Part shown: positions 7,683 to 12,597 of the stretch, one piece after another
How positions within the stretch are numbered: the first letter of the stretch is position 1
Layout: each line of letters opens with the position of its first letter
DNA from: Candidatus Bathyarchaeia archaeon
Lineage (GTDB): Archaea; Thermoproteota; Bathyarchaeia; TCS64
Reading direction: 5' to 3'
NCBI GenBank assembly: GCA_050014495.1
Contig: JBEKDF010000054.1
Span: 1-12,597, forward strand
Length of the DNA stretch: 12,597 nt
Program-made: the position numbers and the translations under genes
Notes under the pieces: generated by a model
Databases searched by the model: none
What the model saw: the letters and a program-made list of their open reading frames with translations, nothing else
Told to the model about the DNA's origin: nothing

Positions 7683-8482
7683 CTACTTACCTAGTAGAGC
7701 AAATAACACGATGATAACTCCAAGCGACCAGGTGTAGAATGCGAAGTAATAAAATCGCTTAGCCAATGTTATCCTTGAAATAAGATTCAATGCGATATAT
7801 CCAACAACCATGGCTACACCGACCCCCGCCAACATCTCGGTCAAGCCAAGACCTGTGGTTGAAACCACACCTTGCTGTTTAAATGCCTCAACCAGTAGAT
7901 CTCCAAGGATCGCAGGAATTGATAGAAGAAATGAGAACCTTAGAGCCTTCTCCCTGTTTATACCCGTCAGTAATGCTGATGAGATGGTAACGCCCATTCT
8001 AGATAATCCGTGGAATGCAGCTAACCCTTGAAGAAAACCAACGATCAGACCTTTCTTAGTAGTAACTACTTCACTAGCTTCTTTACTGTACTTGGATAAG
8101 TACACAATCGTTCCGTCTAAAATGAAGGCAATGCCGACGGGCAAAATACCGGAGAGAACGTCTTCGAAAAACTCCACATATATCAATCCAATTATACCAG
8201 TTGGTATAGTTGCGATTATCAATAATGGTATGAGCCTGCCATATTCTGAGTGGAAGTCCAAGTGATAAAGAGAGGAAAGATGCTGAGAACCTCCTTTCTA
8301 AGGAATAAGATCACAACAACTAGTGTACCGACGTGCAGGACTACGTCGAATAGAGGTGTTGTGGCCAGACCAAAGAAGTGTTCTAGGACTATGAGATGCC
8401 CGCTACTAGAAATTGGTAGCCACTCTGTGAGGCCTTGAATAGCTCCTAAAATGACTGTTTTAATCAGTTGGCCCCAGATCAA
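7683..8482 (-). pseudogene. uppP: Undecaprenyl-diphosphate phosphatase (BacA/UppP), split by a 1-nt frameshift near 8274-8281
   Basis: The 5' ORF has QGLTEWLPISSSGH and VLHVGTL. The 3' ORF has ATIPTG, QGLAAFHGLSRMG and FSFLLSIPAI. Adding one base at AGC-ATC-[C]TT-TCC gives a continuous 266-aa protein (..SILSSLYHLDFHSEYGRL..). Could be a sequencing error. Confidence 0.85.
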
Positions 8483-8561
8483 AGTTGGTCAAATCTTGAG
8501 TTCTAGTGTTGAGTATACTCTAAAAAGTTAGATCATAATCATGCAATCTGTGTGGTGTTTT

Positions 8562-8573
8562 CTCGTGTGCGTG
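8562..8573 (-). repeat. Intergenic GC-rich 12-mer, copy CACGCACACGAG
   Basis: 9/12 identical to 6644-6655; 1 nt after the flavodoxin stop. Confidence 0.45.
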
Positions 8574-8574
8574 A

Positions 8575-9117
8575 CTAGAGTTTTCTACCGTAGTCGCGAG
8601 CCTTCTTGAGAAGATTATAGCGCGTTTCAACTGGTTTCTCGCCAGTGTTTGCGGCGGCGATACCCTTTATGTTCTTCATCCCGTAGCTCCTTTCCATTTC
8701 CTTGAGCCAGTCGAGGACACCGTCGTATCTGTGGGGGTCATACCAACCGTATGTAATGCAATTGATGGCCTTCGTCCCCTTGGGCCACTTAGCCTTGTTC
8801 TCCTCACTATAGTAACCACTATACCAGTAAAGGCGCTGGATGAATACATGTGTACGGGAGTCGACAGTGCTGTACCAGATGGGTGCTCCGAGGATGAGAG
8901 CTCCCATGGACTCGATATGAGGCTTGATCTTCTCGAAGTCATCCTCGGGGAACGTCGTCATCCCCTCCTTTTCCCCGAGGTGACCGATCTTCAACTCCGC
9001 GAGCTTGAAAAGGACAGTCTCATGCCCCGCCTCACTTGCGCCAGCGAGTACCTCCTCGACGAGCTTAACCGTGTTTCCATCTCTCTTGGCTCCACCAACT
9101 ATGCCTAGAACCTTCAA
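8575..9117 (-). CDS. Multimeric flavodoxin / NAD(P)H-dependent FMN reductase (Isf-like), no Fe-S Cys motif
   Basis: From TTG 9117: MKVLGIVGGAKRDGNT (FMN phosphate loop), DDF, LILGAPIWY, FIQRL and C-terminal LLKKARDYGRKL. TTTTTATA at 9149-9156 on the minus strand. Confidence 0.85.
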   Translation of the reverse strand: MKVLGIVGGAKRDGNTVKLVEEVLAGASEAGHETVLFKLAELKIGHLGEKEGMTTFPEDDFEKIKPHIESMGALILGAPIWYSTVDSRTHVFIQRLYWYSGYYSEENKAKWPKGTKAINCITYGWYDPHRYDGVLDWLKEMERSYGMKNIKGIAAANTGEKPVETRYNLLKKARDYGRKL

Positions 9118-9266
9118 TGATATCACTACCAACCTTTAGAGTGGGTCCTATAAAAAGAACCACAAACTCTTGCAAACATGATAAAACAGGTTAAATGATC
9201 GCTGTTTTCTTAATTAAAACTTGAGTGTTAAAGACGATTAATGCATTCGTGTTTGGTTTGGGGTGC

Positions 9267-10616
9267 CTATTGATCTACTTCCTTGTCCGCTATCTTCAGA
9301 CCCTCATCCATCGCATCGACGCCAACGTCAACTTGCTCCTTCGTAACTATCAACGGCGGAGCTATCACGAAGTGGCTTATCCAGGTGTTGCAGATGACTC
9401 CGTTCTTACCCATCTCCGCGGCGACTTTATCCACCATTAGTGGAACTCCGGTGATTTTGTCGATCCGAGTGTTGAAGGGTTTCTTCGTCTTCCTGTTCTT
9501 CACGATCTCGACGGCCCAGAATAGGCCTATGCCCCTAACGTCTCCGATTGATGGGTGTCGATCCTTGAGCTCGTCTAGCCTCTTAGCCATGTGGGCGCCG
9601 AGGTTCTTCGTGTTCTCGAATAAGTTGAGGCGCTTATATTCGTTTATCGCGGGGACAACAGGGGCCATGGAGAGTGGGTGTGCCTCATATGTGTGGCCGT
9701 GGGCGAAGTAGTTCTCCTCGAAGTAGTCCGCGATCTTTTTGGACGTAGCGGTTATGCCGAGAGGCGTGTATGCACCTGTGCAGCCCTTTGCCGTGGTGAG
9801 TATGTCAGGCTTCACACCCCAGTTGTCGACGGCGAACCAGGTGCCTGTTCTTCCCCAGCCCGCCATTACCTCATCGGCTATGAAGAGTACGTTATGCTCC
9901 TTGGATATCTGCTTGAGTCGGGGAAGGTACTCCTTGACTGGGACAAGCACTCCGTTTGTTCCGACGACGGGCTCCACTATGATTGCGGCTACGTTTCCCT
10001 CGTTTCTTAGCATATAGTCGACGTATTCGGCGCAAGTCACGCCGCAGGTTGGGTACTCTTGGTGGAATGGGCACCTGTAGCAGTAGCAATCGGGGGCGAA
10101 TACGGTGCCATCAACCTTGCTGCTTGGCTCGGCGAACCATCTTCGTGGGTCTCCTGTGCATGCGATTGCAGCTGCGGTTGAGCCATGGTAGGAGGTATAG
10201 CGTGAGATGACCTTGTAGGCTCCTCTTGGCTTCTGGTACATTCTAGCGATCTTTAGCGCGGCCTCGTTGGCTTCTGTCCCCGAGGTCGAGTAGAATATCT
10301 TCTCGAGCCCCTCAGGAAAGACCTTGATCAGGGCCTCACTCGTCCTCGCACGGATGTCTGTGGAGTAAGCGGGGTTTATGTAGGGCATCAACTGAGCCTG
10401 CTCAACTATCGCTTTGATGAGTGCTTGGTTCTTATGGCCTAGGTTGGAGCACATTAGCTGGGAGGAGAAGTCTAGGTACCTCTTCCCGTTGATGTCGGTG
10501 AGGTATACGCCTTCTGCGTCCACTATGTGTTGGGGCTTCCATCCCTTCTGGAAACGCCAGGTTCCATACGTGTGTTTGACAACCTGATCCACGACGTCGT
10601 CTGGTTGCTTCGACAA
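9267..10616 (-). CDS. PLP-dependent class III (omega-type) aminotransferase; substrate not assignable
   Basis: YLDFSSQL..NLGH, SGTEANEAALK, SYHGST, EPVVG, FIADEVMAGWGRTG, PDILTTAKG (PLP lysine), HGHTY, VRGIGLF and APPL. TTATATTA at 10645-10652 on the minus strand. Confidence 0.95.
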   Translation of the reverse strand: MSKQPDDVVDQVVKHTYGTWRFQKGWKPQHIVDAEGVYLTDINGKRYLDFSSQLMCSNLGHKNQALIKAIVEQAQLMPYINPAYSTDIRARTSEALIKVFPEGLEKIFYSTSGTEANEAALKIARMYQKPRGAYKVISRYTSYHGSTAAAIACTGDPRRWFAEPSSKVDGTVFAPDCYCYRCPFHQEYPTCGVTCAEYVDYMLRNEGNVAAIIVEPVVGTNGVLVPVKEYLPRLKQISKEHNVLFIADEVMAGWGRTGTWFAVDNWGVKPDILTTAKGCTGAYTPLGITATSKKIADYFEENYFAHGHTYEAHPLSMAPVVPAINEYKRLNLFENTKNLGAHMAKRLDELKDRHPSIGDVRGIGLFWAVEIVKNRKTKKPFNTRIDKITGVPLMVDKVAAEMGKNGVICNTWISHFVIAPPLIVTKEQVDVGVDAMDEGLKIADKEVDQ

Positions 10617-10758
10617 GTTGTATCAATGTGGCATTGTTCTTAAGTAATATAAGATAGGGGTCTACGCGCTGCTAATTATGGGCTCTCCGCAGCCACGCCC
10701 AACAAGGTGGGTCACTGTTCTAGGAAAATGATGGCTCATCCGAGGGAAAGATGTCAAT

Positions 10759-10869
10759 TTAGAAGACTATGCGCGCGTGGCCCAGGAGAAACAGTGACAC
10801 TATCACTGCTAGGAGGATGTTTGACCTCCTGTTTCTCCTCTGCTCGTCTACGAATGTGCGTTGGGACAT
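10759..10869 (-). pseudogene. htpX: Truncated 5' remnant of the HtpX/M48 membrane protease gene normally coupled to lemA
   Basis: ATG overlaps the lemA stop (TAATG). Encodes MSQRTFVDEQRRNRRSNILLAVIVSLFLLG, resembling the F.eqi.rN.r.s.lL + TM1 start of LemA-associated HtpX, then HARIVF*. Confidence 0.65.
10768..10779 (-). repeat. GC-rich 12-mer, copy CACGCGCGCATA, at the htpX breakpoint
   Basis: 10/12 identical to 6644-6655; begins directly after codon 30 of the htpX stub. Confidence 0.55.
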
Positions 10870-11426
10870 TAGAACTGTACCTTAGGCACCTGCCTCTCGC
10901 CCTCAGGGATTGTGAGGAACTCGTGCTTACTGCGGCCACCCGCGAACCAAGCACCAGGAATCGTCGTGATGAGGTTGTTAAAATTCAGCACACTCGTGTT
11001 GTAGAACTGACGTGAGCTCGCAATACTATCCTCGATCCCCGACAGCTGCCCCTGAAGCATCTTGAAGTTCTCATTAGCCTTAAGATCAGGGTAAGCCTCC
11101 GCGACAGCGAACAACTGGCGCAGACCCGAGGACAACATGTTGCTCGCGTCCATCCTCTGCTGAGGCGAGCCCTGGATCATACCAGCTCTCGCCGCGGCGA
11201 CCTGCTCAAAGATCTCCTTCTCATGCGATGCATAACCCTTGACGGTCTCTACGAGGTTTGGAACCAGATCGTAGCGCTTCTTCAGCTGGACATCAATCTG
11301 GCTCCAGGCTTCACTGATCTGGTTCTCATAGCGTCTAATCCTATTGTAGTAGCTAAAATACAGCCATACCAGGATCAGGACTATGATCACGATTACTCCG
11401 ATCCCTGCTAGTGTTAATACATTCAT
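10869..11426 (-). CDS. lemA: LemA family protein
   Basis: N-terminal TM segment, then YN, AWSQIDVQLKKRYDLVPNLVETVKGYASHE, AVAEAYPDLKANENF and EDSIASSRQFYN..V..FN. Confidence 0.97.
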   Translation of the reverse strand: MNVLTLAGIGVIVIIVLILVWLYFSYYNRIRRYENQISEAWSQIDVQLKKRYDLVPNLVETVKGYASHEKEIFEQVAAARAGMIQGSPQQRMDASNMLSSGLRQLFAVAEAYPDLKANENFKMLQGQLSGIEDSIASSRQFYNTSVLNFNNLITTIPGAWFAGGRSKHEFLTIPEGERQVPKVQF

Positions 11427-11728
11427 TTTCTTTTCTCCATAGATTGATCCGCGTGGTTTAGGATGCCATAATTCTGATTCTTGATTAATTCCTTACCTAA
11501 GCCATGCAGTCAACTGTGATTTCCAGCTAAAACACTGGACTGTTTGCTTATAAACCATCACTTTTTTTCTAAATTACATTCATCGGCAACGTCTCGATTC
11601 ACTTGAAACGCACGGGAGACTGGTTTCTATATTGAATGTTACCAAAGGCTTGATCAGCATGTGAACTAAACAACTTATTTTTTTAAATTTTTTTTATACT
11701 CGTGGCATAATACTTAGTTAGAAATAAT

Positions 11729-11995
11729 ATGTTCGAAGTGAAGAAAAAAAAGACAATCGAGGAGAATGTTGAAAAAACTGGAGAAGCTATAGGAAAGAAA
11801 GTGAAGAAGGAAACTGAGATGACTGAGGAAGCACTTAAAAATGGCGCAAAGAGTGGAGCTGAGAAAACCGAGAAGGCGTTAAAGACCGGAGCTTCGAAGG
11901 CTTCCAAAGCAGCTAAAGCCTTCGAGAAGGGAGTGAAGGAAGGATTAGAGGAGGAAAAAAAGCGCATTCGGGGCGAAAAAGAGAGACTTCCCTAA
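11729..11995 (+). CDS. Small K/E/A/G-rich hydrophilin with about 11-residue helical repeats (LEA-like); may start at GTG 11738
   Basis: Repeats EENVEKTGEAI/GKKVKKETEMT/EEALKNGAKSG/AEKTEKALKTG/ASKASKAAKAF/EKGVKEGLEEE. TTTATA at 11693-11698, 30 nt upstream. Confidence 0.75.
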   Translation: MFEVKKKKTIEENVEKTGEAIGKKVKKETEMTEEALKNGAKSGAEKTEKALKTGASKASKAAKAFEKGVKEGLEEEKKRIRGEKERLP

Positions 11996-12117
11996 TCTGC
12001 ATGCGCGGGCGTAGTATTGAATGGTAACAAACACGCATACGCCATTCATGAAGAAAGTTAACAAAGAAATGGCGGGGAAAATATATCAAGCAACCCAACC
12101 CATGCTATACAATCAAG

Positions 12118-12543
12118 ATGAAATTCAATCCCCTGAAACCTGAGCTATATGTCACAAGCTTCCAAATAAGCCTTAATTTTTATAAAAATATCTTAGGATT
12201 CGACGTCGAGTATCAACGAGAAAATCCTTCATTTGCCTTCTTATCTTATCAAGGCAGCAACCTCATGATTCAAGAACTAGATCCAAAAGAAGATAAAGCA
12301 TTTATCACGGGGAGCCTTGAATATCCCCTCGGCCGGGGAATCAATTTTCAAATAGATATAGACAACATTTCAAAAATCTCTAATTCATTAAAGAGAAGTA
12401 AGTACCCCTTGAGAAGAAATGTCCAAGATAGCTGGTATAAAGTTGGCAACATTCTCCATGGATGTCGACAAATCCTCGTCCAAGATCCAGATGGTTACCT
12501 CCTGAGATTTTCTCAAGGTATCGGAGAAAAACCCGTAGAATAA
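12118..12543 (+). CDS. VOC family protein (glyoxalase/bleomycin-resistance-like)
   Basis: LKPELYV..SLNFY..LGF, FAFL, LMIQE, YPLGRGINFQI, WY and RQILVQDPDGYLLRFSQ. T5 after the stop. Confidence 0.92.
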   Translation: MKFNPLKPELYVTSFQISLNFYKNILGFDVEYQRENPSFAFLSYQGSNLMIQELDPKEDKAFITGSLEYPLGRGINFQIDIDNISKISNSLKRSKYPLRRNVQDSWYKVGNILHGCRQILVQDPDGYLLRFSQGIGEKPVE

Positions 12544-12597
12544 CCTTTTTCATAATCGCAAGCCACTCGAGCTTCAGATGCAATTCTTAACCTTAGC

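Noticed and set aside
8274..8281. Programmed -1 ribosomal frameshift in uppP
   Set aside because: No slippery heptamer or evident downstream structure, and no precedent known to me; a mutation or sequencing indel is simpler.
8511..8520. Perfect palindrome GAGTATACTC beside the uppP TATA-like box
   Set aside because: A single 10-bp palindrome is expected by chance in 12.6 kb, and I saw no second copy.
10030..10090. Cys-rich segment CYCYRCPF..PTCGVTC in the aminotransferase as a novel metal site
   Set aside because: YRCP...C...C segments are common in class III aminotransferases.
7810..12583. Shadow ORFs (7810, 8250, 8676, 8731, 9225, 9283, 9678, 9739, 9892, 9983, 10432, 10707, 10754, 11223, 11683, 11913, 12380)
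   Set aside because: They overlap recognised genes antisense or out of frame. 10754..10954 is the wrong frame over lemA and the htpX stub.
1..12597. CRISPR array, integron attC sites, IS/transposase, tRNA/rRNA
   Set aside because: No regularly spaced repeats, no RYYYAAC...GTTRRRY hairpins, no transposase or integrase ORF, and no RNA-gene signature seen.

Overview
Archaeal DNA, judged from TATA boxes about 25-40 nt upstream of most starts, frequent TTG/GTG starts, cofD/cofC and a HalX-style receiver-kinase. Bathyarchaeia is plausible, but that is inference. The window is a mosaic of mostly unrelated, singly promoted genes: a zinc-ribbon/toast-rack protein cut by the window edge and missing from the ORF track, an AT-rich orphan coiled-coil gene, a DUF2148 protein, a REC-PAS-histidine kinase, cofD-cofC, a clan GH-A-like TIM barrel, an HD hydrolase, a frameshifted uppP, an Isf/flavodoxin-like protein, a class III aminotransferase, lemA followed by a 30-codon stub of its usual htpX partner, an 11-mer-repeat hydrophilin and a VOC protein. 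The strongest unexplained signal is a GC-rich 12-mer (about CACGCGCWCGTA) that recurs at gene junctions and sits exactly where the htpX stub breaks off. A second intergenic motif (..ACATAA) resembles Xer/dif arms. Together they may mark gene-module shuffling, but no recombinase is in the window, so this is a hypothesis. Two flavoprotein-family genes also appear to lack their usual Fe-S cysteine clusters.
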